Below are positions 29,672-41,257 of a stretch of 64,000 nt of DNA, in pieces. How positions within the stretch are numbered: the stretch's first letter is position 1; each line of letters opens with the position of its first letter. Below the pieces are notes generated by a model that saw only the letters and a program-made list of their open reading frames with translations, was not told where the DNA came from and did no database searches. This stretch comes from an uncultured Clostridia bacterium (GTDB lineage Bacteria; Bacillota; Clostridia; Oscillospirales; Ruminococcaceae), in assembly GCA_947389015.1 (NCBI GenBank), contig CANDVA010000001.1, forward strand, positions 68,142 through 132,141, in the 5' to 3' direction. The position numbers were made by a program, and so were the translations under genes.

Positions 29672-30268
29672 ATGGGTCTTCCACTCAGTGAAATTGTTTT
29701 GGTTTTCGTGATTGTGCTCGTTGTCATTATTGTTATTGCCTTTAAGTCATCTGAAGCTTTTGCCAAAAAACGCGAATTGCAAGAGCAAGAAGAGGCAAAA
29801 CGTACACGTAAGATGTTAGAGCAAGAATCTATGAAAAACAAAATGAGAAATGGACAATTAACCCAAAAAATTTTCGCTTCCATTGACAATGCGGCTGACA
29901 GAGATTTGAACGTATACAGCATATCGTTGAAAGAACGTATTGAAGACGGTGGACATTATATAGAAATAATTTATTATGGAAATATAGCCAAAATCAATCG
30001 TCCATATAAGGTTCATTCACTTGACAAGGAAAGCTCCGAATGTAGAAATAAGGGTATAAGAGTTATATGTGAGAAAATCGAATGTTTAGGAGTTCGTGAT
30101 ATTAACGAGTTTCTTGCATTTGCTCAAGTACTTCTTGAAAAACTAGGTACAGAGAAGTATTCAGAACCTGATAGAGAGTATTGGACCGACGTTCTTATAC
30201 AGGCGAAAAATGGATACCCATGGATAATGGAAGAGCCAGATTGGAGGTCAAACTCTAATTGGCAATAA
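29672..30268 (+). CDS. Hypothetical membrane-anchored protein (TM + coiled coil + unknown C-terminal domain), AT-rich, inside the atp operon
   Basis: 198-aa ORF. It has TM helix IVLVFVIVLVVIIVIAF, then a Lys/Glu/Gln-rich segment, with no recognisable motif. G+C is 30-42% by hand count of three 60-nt lines. Confidence 0.6.
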   Translation: MGLPLSEIVLVFVIVLVVIIVIAFKSSEAFAKKRELQEQEEAKRTRKMLEQESMKNKMRNGQLTQKIFASIDNAADRDLNVYSISLKERIEDGGHYIEIIYYGNIAKINRPYKVHSLDKESSECRNKGIRVICEKIECLGVRDINEFLAFAQVLLEKLGTEKYSEPDREYWTDVLIQAKNGYPWIMEEPDWRSNSNWQ

Positions 30269-30315
30269 ATTCTTAGGTATAATTATGAGGGGGTGATATT
30301 ATAGCCAGTGGTAAT

Positions 30316-31152
30316 ATGAAAGCCATAAAGCGCCGTATCCGTTCCGTCGGCTCGACCCGACAGATAACAAAGGCTATGGAGCTTGTGGCGTCGAGTAAGC
30401 TCCGTAAGGCTAAGACCCGCGCGGAGCAGGCGCGTCCCTATTTCAACGAGCTGTACAAGACCATGTGCGAGATAGCGTCGGCAAATACCGACTTCTCCAC
30501 TATATATACGATAAAGCGTGAGGTAAAGCATAAGCTGTTTATCGTTGTCGCGGGCGACAGAGGACTTGCGGGAGGTTATAACTCAAATGTTCTCAAGGCC
30601 GCCGCTGCGGCTCACAAGGACGACGCCGAACTGCCGAAGATAATCGCTATCGGCAAAAAGGCGGGCGAGTATTTCGCAAAGCGTGATTACGAGGTGGTGG
30701 CGTCCTACGCGAACATAGCGGAGGATATCAAGCCCAATACGGCGCAGGATATCGCGGATATAGCGATAAAGATGTTCGCGGACGGCGAAGTCGACGAGGT
30801 ACACGTGTTCTACACGATGTTCGTTTCGTCGATGTCTCAGCAGCCCGAGAGTATGCGCGTGCTCCCCATGGACACGGTGCAGCTCGAGGACTACGGCACG
30901 ATGGAGTACGACCCCTCGCCCGAGGCGGTGTTCAACCGTATAGTGCCGCGCTTCACCGCGAGCCTTATCCAGTGCGCGGTAGTCGAGTCGTATGCCTCCG
31001 AGCAGGGCGCGCGGCGCACCGCTATGGAGAACGCTACCGACAACGCGGACGCGATGACGGAGAGCCTGTCGCTGCTGTACAACAGAGCACGTCAGGCAAG
31101 CATTACAACGGAAATTATCGATATCGTTTCGGGCGCTTCGGCACAGGAATAA
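30316..31152 (+). CDS. atpG: F0F1 ATP synthase subunit gamma
   Basis: MKAIKRRIRSVGSTRQITKAMELVASSKL N-terminus and C-terminal ITTEIIDIVSGA. Confidence 0.95.
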   Translation: MKAIKRRIRSVGSTRQITKAMELVASSKLRKAKTRAEQARPYFNELYKTMCEIASANTDFSTIYTIKREVKHKLFIVVAGDRGLAGGYNSNVLKAAAAAHKDDAELPKIIAIGKKAGEYFAKRDYEVVASYANIAEDIKPNTAQDIADIAIKMFADGEVDEVHVFYTMFVSSMSQQPESMRVLPMDTVQLEDYGTMEYDPSPEAVFNRIVPRFTASLIQCAVVESYASEQGARRTAMENATDNADAMTESLSLLYNRARQASITTEIIDIVSGASAQE

Positions 31153-31191
31153 TATCGGTATGACAAACGGTTATTTAGCAATTCCTATTAA

Positions 31192-32607
<1,416 letters not shown>

Positions 32608-32633
32608 TAAATTCCCAATGAAAGGATATTCAG

Positions 32634-33035
32634 ATGACGCCGTTTAAGTTACAAATAATCACGCCGGAAAAAACCGTTTTTGACGGCGACGCCGAGCAGG
32701 TCATTGTCCGCACAACAGTCGGCGATGTCGGCATATTGAAAGGGCACGAACCGTATTGCGCGGCGCTGGGAATAGGTCAAATGCGGATCATGCAGAACGG
32801 CGAGTTCCGCCGCGCGGCAACGTCGGGCGGAATTATAAAGGTGTCAAAGGAAATGACGACGATCTTGGTGCAGACCTGCGAATGGTCGGACGAGATTGAC
32901 GTAGAGCGCGCAAATGCCGCGAAAGTGGCTGCCGAGGAGCGCATAAAGGCGGCAAAGAGCGACAAGGAAATGCTGCTCGCCGAAGCGAAGCTCAAACGCG
33001 CACTTAACCGAATTGATACCTCGAATTTCAATTAA
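32634..33035 (+). CDS. atpC: F0F1 ATP synthase subunit epsilon
   Basis: 133 aa, beta-sandwich plus helical hairpin pattern, last gene of the operon. Confidence 0.93.
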   Translation: MTPFKLQIITPEKTVFDGDAEQVIVRTTVGDVGILKGHEPYCAALGIGQMRIMQNGEFRRAATSGGIIKVSKEMTTILVQTCEWSDEIDVERANAAKVAAEERIKAAKSDKEMLLAEAKLKRALNRIDTSNFN

Positions 33036-33065
33036 CTCCAAAGACGGATTGATGTTCGTCTTAAA

Positions 33066-33106
33066 TAAAAAATCGGCGTCGAGCATTAACCCGACGCCGA
33101 TTTTTA
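33066..33106. terminator. Bidirectional rho-independent terminator
   Basis: AAAAA, then stem ATCGGCGTCG, 10-nt loop, stem CGACGCCGAT, then TTTTT. It lies between the convergent atpC and the minus-strand gene ending at 33139. Confidence 0.75.
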
Positions 33107-33138
33107 TATTACACGCTTATTAAACGAGATACAAATTA

Positions 33139-33648
33139 TTATTGTTCAACCTTTTTTCCATGTAAAACTAACCGACCAAACACTATTGAAAACACGGATG
33201 GAATCCCGAACCATAACAGATTGAATGCTATACCGCGCAGGAACATTGACGGAAATTGTCCATAAACATAAATCAACTCAAGATCGACAGCACAATAAAT
33301 GTCCGACACAGTCACCAGAGGAACGAGCAGCACAAGCGCCGCTATATCCGCAATAACATATTTTTTGAACATGGACTTTCGGATATTGGCAAAAAGCTCA
33401 CCTATTCCGATAAACATCATGAAAAAAATAAATGCGCCCAAAATATAATACCAAGCTTTGGGCATATAGTTATACCCGTAATCATGCACACAATAATTAA
33501 ATCCCAGAACAATGAATATCGCCGTGATCACTCCACTTACAATGACCTTGACATTTCTATTACCAAAAAAATTGTCCCCAAAAGCGACGATTCGTTTTTC
33601 CTTCGGTTCAATTGCTTTGCCAAATGAAATTATTTTTTTACTTAACAT
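33139..33648 (-). CDS. Hypothetical polytopic membrane protein (4 predicted TM)
   Basis: 169-aa hydrophobic ORF in a low-G+C region, 28 nt downstream of the secreted-protein gene. Confidence 0.6.
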   Translation of the reverse strand: MLSKKIISFGKAIEPKEKRIVAFGDNFFGNRNVKVIVSGVITAIFIVLGFNYCVHDYGYNYMPKAWYYILGAFIFFMMFIGIGELFANIRKSMFKKYVIADIAALVLLVPLVTVSDIYCAVDLELIYVYGQFPSMFLRGIAFNLLWFGIPSVFSIVFGRLVLHGKKVEQ

Positions 33649-33676
33649 TTGATATTTCCCCCCAAAAAATAAAAAG

Positions 33677-34309
33677 TCAATTAACGGTAATATCTGCGCT
33701 TCCGGGCTTTGTATGAATATCGCCTGTTACATCTACATCAAGCCACAGGGTATAGGTCTTTTTACTTACCCGCTCATCGCCATTTGTCATTGTTATCTTT
33801 TTTTCAATGTAAGCATACTTTTTTCCAAATAAAAAGGTTGCACCTTGATTGCTGGCGTGAACAGGCTCCGGATTAGATAAAACTTTAAATAATCTTCCGG
33901 AATTTGGAGAAACTCCGTAAGTTACATTGGAAACGGTAGCAGTATCTGCTTGAGAATTCCAAGTAAACGTACCTTTAACCCACATAGTAACCCAATCTGT
34001 GCTTACACCGGCACCGCTCTCCGTATATGTGTTTTCCGCCTTAACGGTCATATGTCCTTGAGTTGATCTTGCTGCGCACATATCCATTTCATCAGACTTT
34101 AAGTAAATCCTTGAAACGCATTCTAACCCATTTTCATAAGCATACGACTGTTCAGACACCAATACGAAATCCTCATCATCTGAAACATAATCCATTTCAA
34201 AGGTATATTCGCTCATATCTTCAACATCTTCCGCGCCCGCAACAACTACTAAAGACATAGTCATTACTGCAGCCACACAAGCCGCAACTAATTTTTTAAT
34301 ATTTTTCAC
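33677..34309 (-). CDS. Hypothetical secreted protein
   Basis: Signal peptide MKNIKKLVAACVAAVMTMSLVVVAGA|ED, an acidic N-terminal stretch, then a Thr/Val/Trp-rich (beta-type) domain. No recognised motif. Confidence 0.65.
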   Translation of the reverse strand: MKNIKKLVAACVAAVMTMSLVVVAGAEDVEDMSEYTFEMDYVSDDEDFVLVSEQSYAYENGLECVSRIYLKSDEMDMCAARSTQGHMTVKAENTYTESGAGVSTDWVTMWVKGTFTWNSQADTATVSNVTYGVSPNSGRLFKVLSNPEPVHASNQGATFLFGKKYAYIEKKITMTNGDERVSKKTYTLWLDVDVTGDIHTKPGSADITVN

Positions 34310-34449
34310 TACAATTCCCTTTCATTTAAGTTAATTTATTTATTGCCCAAACCGCAGTCTGTGCGCTTCGAGCTTATTATATTATATTCTTTTTTAGTTT
34401 AGAAGTCAATATGAAATTTGCATAAAAAACAGCAGTTCTTTATGTATAT

Positions 34450-35679
34450 TTACACGCTAAACGAATACACCCCATCCATTTCCCTGGCAATATACCCGAA
34501 AAGCTCAAGATTTGTTATCGCCTCGGAGAGCGCGGAGAATTCCATTCCGCTGCGCTCCATAAGCTCGTCCACTCCCGAGGGGCGCTCGGCAAGCAGCTTT
34601 AAAACAGCCGCCTCGTTAGGGTCGAGCGATGACAGCAATTCCTCGATGGGCACGGTTCTCGCCTTTTCGGGAGACTTCGTTTCCGTCTTGGGCGCATCTT
34701 TTGCGGAAACGTTTTTCTTGACGGGTTTTGGCTCGTCCCGAAGCGGAACGCTTTCCAACGGCTCGGCGAGCATTTGCTCTATACGCGCTCTGCCGGAATA
34801 ATCCGCAAGCAGCCGCTCTACGATATCCGTGTACCCGAAAACGGGAACGGCGCCCTCGCGCAGCAGTGGTACTACCCCCGCATAACGCTTGGAGAAGATG
34901 TCGTGCGGAGGTATGCAATACACGTCGCGTCCTTGGTCGAGCGCGTGATTTGCAGTCAGCAGTGAACCGCTCTTCTCGCCCGCCTCAATGACGAGCGTTC
35001 CCGAGCAGATACCCGAGATAATGCGGTTTCTCTGATGAAAATACCCCGCGGACGCCCGTGTGCTCGGGAGCAGCTCGCTTATCAGCGCGCCGCCGCTTGC
35101 GACTATCTCGCGCTTGAGCAGCGCGTTCTCGGCGGGGTAGTTCACGAACATTCCGCAGGCTAGCACGCCGACAGTCCGTCCTCCCGCGTCGAGCGCGGCA
35201 CGGTGAGCCGCGGTATCCGAGCCGACGGCGAGACCGCTCACTACAACGATACCCATTTTCGCGAGCGGTGCGCATATCCCCGCGGCGGCGGCTTTTCCGT
35301 AATCCGAGACGTTCCTCGCGCCTACCGCCGCGATACTGAGCTGCTCGTTGAGTCCTCCGAGACTTCCGCTGACAAACAGCAATATCGGAGGATTTTTAAT
35401 ATTCCGCAGCAGCTCGGGATATTCATCATCGTCAAGAGTTACTATGTGAATACCGCTTTCACCGCACTGCTCGAGGATAGGGCGTATCGTGCCCATGCGC
35501 ACGTCTTTGGCGCGTTTTTTCTCCTTATCGTTCAGAAACGGGAATTCACCGTCGCGTATCATTCGCGCGGCGAGCGTTGCGTCGCCGCCGCACTGCGCGA
35601 GTATCTCAATGGTTTTGGGGTTGTACGGCTGCATTACGAGCAGCAGCCACAACCATACCTCAACGGGACTTTTCGCCAT
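34450..35679 (-). CDS. dprA: DNA-processing protein DprA (Smf)
   Basis: Rossmann-like core SGLAVGSDTAAHRAALDAGGRTVGVLACG...HQRNRIISG and a C-terminal winged-helix extension. Confidence 0.9.
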   Translation of the reverse strand: MAKSPVEVWLWLLLVMQPYNPKTIEILAQCGGDATLAARMIRDGEFPFLNDKEKKRAKDVRMGTIRPILEQCGESGIHIVTLDDDEYPELLRNIKNPPILLFVSGSLGGLNEQLSIAAVGARNVSDYGKAAAAGICAPLAKMGIVVVSGLAVGSDTAAHRAALDAGGRTVGVLACGMFVNYPAENALLKREIVASGGALISELLPSTRASAGYFHQRNRIISGICSGTLVIEAGEKSGSLLTANHALDQGRDVYCIPPHDIFSKRYAGVVPLLREGAVPVFGYTDIVERLLADYSGRARIEQMLAEPLESVPLRDEPKPVKKNVSAKDAPKTETKSPEKARTVPIEELLSSLDPNEAAVLKLLAERPSGVDELMERSGMEFSALSEAITNLELFGYIAREMDGVYSFSV

Positions 35680-35694
35680 ATGTATTCCTCCGTT

Positions 35695-36147
35695 TTACCA
35701 TATTTCCCTTGCGAGAATAACAAACTGTGCCGCCAGAAAAAATATTGAATAACCCGACGCAAATAACAGAAATATCCATTCCAACGGTATCGAATCTATC
35801 GACCACAACAAAAAGCTGTCGATACCGAAGCTCATAAGTACGTTTGCCGTTATAAAAAGAAGTACGCAAATCGCCGCGGCGGGCAGAACGCCCGTTAATA
35901 TGTACCGCTTTGCGGAAACACCGAACCGCCGTTCAAACCGTTTCCGCGAGAACCTGACCGCCGCGTTATGCATGGCAAACAGCGCGATAATAGCGACAAT
36001 CCCCAAAACAGGCGGTCTGATAGACATGAGAAATATCTGCGCCGTTCCGAGCGTTAAAATAAGCAGATTGCCGAAAACGATAAGCAGAACCATTGCGGTC
36101 GTTTTATTCATAGAAACCTCGTGTAATTGCTCTTTGGTATACTGCAC
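35695..36147 (-). CDS. Hypothetical membrane protein (4 TM)
   Basis: 150-aa hydrophobic ORF, 15 nt upstream of dprA on the same strand. Confidence 0.55.
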   Translation of the reverse strand: MQYTKEQLHEVSMNKTTAMVLLIVFGNLLILTLGTAQIFLMSIRPPVLGIVAIIALFAMHNAAVRFSRKRFERRFGVSAKRYILTGVLPAAAICVLLFITANVLMSFGIDSFLLWSIDSIPLEWIFLLFASGYSIFFLAAQFVILAREIW

Positions 36148-36150
36148 TGT

Positions 36151-36522
36151 TTAAGCTCTTCTAAATATTTTTCCGGGGCTGGACGCGGTAAGATAAGCCC
36201 AGCCGCCTAAATATCCCATAAATACAGTCAATTGTCGCAAACAGTTGCCTGCTCTGTTGGGATTGGCAATTCGCTTCTGTGTCCGTAAGCATATGGTTAT
36301 CGTATTGTTCGGGTTAAAACAATAATCTTTTTCGATGAACTTTCTGTTTTTCGTCCTAACATTTTTCCGCCTAAAAAAATCATTGTACATTTCAACCGCA
36401 CGACCAAACATATCTTGAAACCCCCAAGTAGCAACCGCTCCGCTAAGGAGTTTATTTTGCAGCTTAATGTCTAAACTATACTTAAACCTATACTTCTTAA
36501 ACCTATACAACATCAAAATCAC
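36151..36522 (-). CDS. Hypothetical basic protein
   Basis: ORF of up to 123 aa between GH13 and the membrane protein gene. It is lower in G+C and has no recognisable motif. The start is ambiguous (GTG 36522 or ATG 36513). Confidence 0.4.
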   Translation of the reverse strand: MILMLYRFKKYRFKYSLDIKLQNKLLSGAVATWGFQDMFGRAVEMYNDFFRRKNVRTKNRKFIEKDYCFNPNNTITICLRTQKRIANPNRAGNCLRQLTVFMGYLGGWAYLTASSPGKIFRRA

Positions 36523-36528
36523 CCTACC

Positions 36529-37851
36529 TTATATTTTAAATACCGCGCTTGTAAACGCGGGCAAGGTAAGTCCGCCGAGTTCCCGCTTTTCACCCGTGAG
36601 GAGGTCCTCCGCTTCTCCGCTCATATTCAGGTTGAACGTGAACGGAGCGCCGTCCGCGTTGATTACGGTAAACAGCGTTTCTCCGCCGCCCGTGCGCGAA
36701 AACGCGTACTGACGGTTGGTGAGCAGTATCTGCTTGTAGTCGCCCTCCGCTGCCGCGGGGTGGTTCTTCTGTATCTCCGCGAGCGCCCTGATATGCTCGG
36801 TGAGGTCGCGGTGACCCTCGGACTTCATCTTCTCAAGGTCGAACTCGGGACGGAGCGCGTCGTCGCCTCCGCCGCGCTTGTCGCCCTCAATGCCGAACTC
36901 GCTGCCGTAATAAACGGACGGGATACCCGGCATCATAAACATAAGCGTGTAGATAAGCGGCAAATGCTCCTTGGTTTTTAGTATAGTCGCGACGCGTGTT
37001 ACGTCGTGATTATCGACGAACGTATACAGGTGCTTTCCCCTGTACAGACACCAGTTTTCGCTGCCGAACTGCCGATTTATCGAATGAGCGATCTCAAACA
37101 TATTCATATCGTTGAAGCTCGAGAACAAGCCCTTATAGCACTCGTAGTTGGTAACGCTGTCAAGCATCTGATCGTTCATCCACATATTGTAGTCGCCGTG
37201 AAGCGTTTCACCGAGCAGGAAGAAATCCTCGCTCAACCACTTACAGTGAGCGCGCAGCTCACGCAGGAAGTTCTGATCGAGACAGTACGCAACATCAAGA
37301 CGCAGACCGTCAATGCCGAATTCCTCTTTCCAGCCTGTGATAACGTCCTTGATATACTGCTTTACTTCGGGATTGAACAGATTCAGCTTTACAAGCTCGT
37401 AATGCCCCTCCCAGCCCTCGTAGTAGAAGCCGTCGTTGTAGCAGGAGTTGCCCTCGCGAACGTGAAACCAGTCCTTTTTGGCGCTGCCGAGCTTATACTC
37501 GCGAACGTCGCGGAACTCGGTAAAGTCGCGTCCGACGTGATTAAACACGCCGTCGAGAACCACCTTGATACCGTTCTCGTGCAGCGCGTCGCAGACCTTC
37601 TTGAAGTCCTCGTTCGTGCCGAGACGGCGGTCTATGGTCTTGTAGTCGATAGTGTCGTAGCCGTGCGCTACGCTTTCGAATACAGGACCGAAATAGATAG
37701 CGCTGCAGCCAAGCTCCTTGATATGCGGGATATCGTCGATGAGCTTCAAAATTTTGTGCGTAGGCTCGCTCGTCTGATCGTTCTGACGGGGACAGCCGAA
37801 ATATCCGATCGGATAGATGTGATAAAATACCGCGTTTTCATACCATTTCAT
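36529..37851 (-). CDS. GH13 alpha-amylase-family glycoside hydrolase (cytoplasmic)
   Basis: GH13 regions I-IV are present: DGVFNH, GLRLDVAYC, LLGE, FVDNHD. No signal peptide. Confidence 0.9.
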   Translation of the reverse strand: MKWYENAVFYHIYPIGYFGCPRQNDQTSEPTHKILKLIDDIPHIKELGCSAIYFGPVFESVAHGYDTIDYKTIDRRLGTNEDFKKVCDALHENGIKVVLDGVFNHVGRDFTEFRDVREYKLGSAKKDWFHVREGNSCYNDGFYYEGWEGHYELVKLNLFNPEVKQYIKDVITGWKEEFGIDGLRLDVAYCLDQNFLRELRAHCKWLSEDFFLLGETLHGDYNMWMNDQMLDSVTNYECYKGLFSSFNDMNMFEIAHSINRQFGSENWCLYRGKHLYTFVDNHDVTRVATILKTKEHLPLIYTLMFMMPGIPSVYYGSEFGIEGDKRGGGDDALRPEFDLEKMKSEGHRDLTEHIRALAEIQKNHPAAAEGDYKQILLTNRQYAFSRTGGGETLFTVINADGAPFTFNLNMSGEAEDLLTGEKRELGGLTLPAFTSAVFKI

Positions 37852-38183
37852 AATATTACCTCTATTTCCCTTGTTTTTTCTTTTATACCTTTTTAAAAGG
37901 TATTATTTGCAAGATTATTATACCATATTGTCGGCAATTTGTCAATAATTTTGTGCAAAGTGTATAAAAAACAAAAATGTTTTATTGCAGAACTGAAAAA
38001 ATTACACTAACGGCTTGAAAATTATTTTATAAACTGTTATAATATTAAGAGTGAAATAAATCACTTTTAAGGATACATGGACAGTTAAAAACAAATGTAA
38101 GGCAGCAACCGCGTGAGGTTCCGACAGTGTTACCTTAGGTTTTATTTTTTTGCTTTCTAAGGTACCTTTGGGGAGGGGATTTA

Positions 38184-41144
38184 ATGACAGGGCTGCGTAC
38201 TTTCAGGCAGACGTCGGCGCTCATTATGGCGCTTTTTGTTTTGTTGACGGCTTTTTCGCCGAGTATCACAGCTTCGGCGTATCCAAAAGCGGCAAAAACA
38301 TATGTCGTGGGCGCGAACGCCAAATTCGGAGTTACAAAGACAAACTCGGGAACCTCGGGACTTGCCTGCGATTATCTTGACCAGATATCGAAATATACGC
38401 TCAACCGCTTTACATATAAAGACGGATCGCCCGAGGAGCTGTTCAAGATGCTCCGTGAAGGCACGATAGACGTGATACCCTGCGTGACCGATGAGGAACT
38501 GGAATTGTATGGCGACGACTCTCTTGCTGCCGCAGGTTTTTCCATGATAACAAAATTCAATGCCGTTTACGTTTACAATAACGGCTCGAAAAAGGACGTG
38601 AACTTCGGCGACGCAAGCGAGATAAGTCATATGAAGATAGGCTATCTTCCCGAGGACGGGGGTGACTTTTTCAAAGATGAAAGGTTTGTTTGCAGCGACC
38701 TGGAGGACGCGGAATTCATAAAGTACAACACCGAAAATATGATGAGGGCGGATTTTACGTCCGGCAAACTGGACGCGGTCGTGAAAAACTGTTTTCGTCC
38801 TTGGGAGAACGAAACGATAGTTTATCAGTTCGGAACGTCGGCGTGCTATTTCATCATAAGGTCGGAGGATACCGAACTATCCTCGGATATCGCCGACGGA
38901 ATGTCAAAGCTGTTTTTAAGCTACCCGTCATTCCCGGGCGATACGTATCAGAAAAACATCTCGAATTACGGCTCACAGAGATACGCGTATTCCGCCGCGG
39001 AGCGAATATATCTCGCATCGCATAACGAAATTGTAATTGGCTATAATCTTAACTCGGATATCGCCGAGACCTATGACTATTCGTCGGAAAAGCTTACGGG
39101 AATAGCAGGGTCGATAATGGATCAAATAACGGCTAATACGGGGCTGAGGATCAAGATCATACCGTACAATTCTCTGTCCGAATGTATGAATGCCATGGCA
39201 TCGGAGGAAATAGACGTTATCTACGGCGGCATACCGATAAACGGAGTGGACGGATATTCGGGGTATTTTGTTTCCGCGCCCATTACCCGTTTGCCGATAG
39301 TGCTTGCCGGCAAACCGGACGCGTCTATGTCCGATACTGCGGAGATCGCCACCGCTAACGGAGACAGCGAAATAATAAAGTACCTTGAGCGTTTCCGTCC
39401 GCAGTCGAACATTTCCCGCTACTCCACGAGCATTATTGCGTGCGAAATGGTGATGAACGGACACGAAAGTTTTGTGTGCATGGACTGCCGTGACGCGCTG
39501 TATCTGAAATCCACACAGCATGAAAATCTCGTGATACATGATATCCTGCCGATCTTCCGTTCCGAGTGTTTTGCTATCGCACGCCGCTCGGGCGATCTTA
39601 GGAGCATACTGGAAAAGGCTATCGCACAGATCAACGGAAACGAATCCATTGCCGATATTTACAACATTATCAACTCGCAAAGCGCGGTCTCCGAAGAGAA
39701 AGTCCCGTATATCTGGATCATTATCACGGGATTTACGGCACTCGGAGGTCTCCTGGCGCTGTTTATAGTGTTGACGACTGTCAAGAGCCGCCGTCTAGCC
39801 GAGATCGATACGCTCACCGGAGGACGCACCAAGCGCAGGTACTTGATCGACTCGGAGAAGGTCGTGCGCAAGTCCAATCCCGATAACTGGGCAGTCATCG
39901 TTTTCGATATCGACAAGTTCAAATTCATCAACGACCGCCTCGGCTACGAAGAAGGCAACCGTATGCTGGAGAGATTGTACAAGACCGTAAGCGACCATCT
40001 TGAGACTTACGAGGTCTACGCGCGTATCTCGGACGACAACTTTGCATGCACAGTGAAGAACGGCTCCGACAGCGAGCTTGAAAACCGTCTTAACAATATC
40101 TTCGCGGAATTCGACCGCCGCAACTCGCTGTTCGTTTCCTACCCCGTTCTGTTCAGCGCGGGCGTATGCAGACTCGGGCAGTGCGTTGACAGATACGATA
40201 TGGTGGATTTCAACGTTGCTATCGACCGCTGCAATATCGCGAAAAAGACGATAAAGGGCAGACACAGCAGCGCGATAGCGTTCTACGACGGAAAAATGCA
40301 CGACAACGCCCTGCGCGAAAAGGACTTTGAAAACGTTATGCCGACCGCGCTCAAGGAGCACGAGTTTATGTGCTACATTCAGCCGAAGTACGGCACGAGA
40401 TCACGGCATATCGAGGGTGGCGAAGCGCTTATCCGCTGGAACAGCAAGGAATTCGGATTTGTGTTCCCCGATCAGTTTATCCCGATCGCAGAGAAAAACG
40501 GCTTTGTCGTAGAGCTGGACTTCTTCATTCTCGAGGAGGTTTGCAGGGCTATGCGGCGCTGGATAGACAGGGGGCTTACGCCCGTGGTCATTTCCGTAAA
40601 TCAGTCGCGTCTGCATCTCAACAACGATGACTACATCTGGCGTCTGCGCGAGATCGTTGACAAATACGGCATACCGTATGAATACATTGAGCTGGAGCTT
40701 ACCGAGAGCGTGTTCACAGAGAACGCGGACCTGATGCTGAAGATAATGCAAAAGCTTCACGAGATCGGCTTTAAGCTTTCAATAGACGACTTCGGCTCCG
40801 GCTATTCCTCGCTGAATATGCTCAAGGACATCCCCGCCGACGTAGTAAAAATCGACCGCGAATTCTTTAACGGAACGGTCAACTCGCAGAAGGGACGCGC
40901 GGTAATTTCGACGGTAGTCGACCTCGCCAAAAACCTTGATATGCAGGTAATCTCCGAGGGCGTAGAGACTGTCGAGCAGGTAGATTTCTTACAGGATATC
41001 GAATGCCACATGGTGCAGGGCTATTATTTCGCGAAGCCAATGCCGATCAAGGAATTCGAGGAGCTCTGGACCAAAGACCTCGCCGAAGCGGCAAACGAGC
41101 ACAAGACGAACGGTCAACCTCTGCAGTCCGCGGAGAGTATGTAA
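38184..41144 (+). CDS. Membrane c-di-GMP signalling protein: two periplasmic solute-binding-like modules, TM, degenerate GGDEF, EAL
   Basis: Signal/TM start, second TM IWIIITGFTALGGLLALFIVL, and a GGDEF-like domain whose motif reads SDDNF. EAL motifs are intact (EALIRW, ELTES, DDFGSGYSSL, KIDREF, EGVET, QGYYF). Confidence 0.9.
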   Translation: MTGLRTFRQTSALIMALFVLLTAFSPSITASAYPKAAKTYVVGANAKFGVTKTNSGTSGLACDYLDQISKYTLNRFTYKDGSPEELFKMLREGTIDVIPCVTDEELELYGDDSLAAAGFSMITKFNAVYVYNNGSKKDVNFGDASEISHMKIGYLPEDGGDFFKDERFVCSDLEDAEFIKYNTENMMRADFTSGKLDAVVKNCFRPWENETIVYQFGTSACYFIIRSEDTELSSDIADGMSKLFLSYPSFPGDTYQKNISNYGSQRYAYSAAERIYLASHNEIVIGYNLNSDIAETYDYSSEKLTGIAGSIMDQITANTGLRIKIIPYNSLSECMNAMASEEIDVIYGGIPINGVDGYSGYFVSAPITRLPIVLAGKPDASMSDTAEIATANGDSEIIKYLERFRPQSNISRYSTSIIACEMVMNGHESFVCMDCRDALYLKSTQHENLVIHDILPIFRSECFAIARRSGDLRSILEKAIAQINGNESIADIYNIINSQSAVSEEKVPYIWIIITGFTALGGLLALFIVLTTVKSRRLAEIDTLTGGRTKRRYLIDSEKVVRKSNPDNWAVIVFDIDKFKFINDRLGYEEGNRMLERLYKTVSDHLETYEVYARISDDNFACTVKNGSDSELENRLNNIFAEFDRRNSLFVSYPVLFSAGVCRLGQCVDRYDMVDFNVAIDRCNIAKKTIKGRHSSAIAFYDGKMHDNALREKDFENVMPTALKEHEFMCYIQPKYGTRSRHIEGGEALIRWNSKEFGFVFPDQFIPIAEKNGFVVELDFFILEEVCRAMRRWIDRGLTPVVISVNQSRLHLNNDDYIWRLREIVDKYGIPYEYIELELTESVFTENADLMLKIMQKLHEIGFKLSIDDFGSGYSSLNMLKDIPADVVKIDREFFNGTVNSQKGRAVISTVVDLAKNLDMQVISEGVETVEQVDFLQDIECHMVQGYYFAKPMPIKEFEELWTKDLAEAANEHKTNGQPLQSAESM

Positions 41145-41202
41145 ACCTATTTTATTTATCGGTACATTGCCAAGAGAAATAATATCCAAAAACTATTTGC
41201 TT

Positions 41203-41231
41203 ACAGCCCCGTTTTCGGGGCTGTTTTTGTG
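41203..41231 (+). terminator. Rho-independent terminator
   Basis: Stem ACAGCCCC/GGGGCTGT, loop GTTTTC, then TTTTGTG. Confidence 0.75.
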
Positions 41232-41257
41232 CAAATCCCCTAAAAAACAACAACCGC

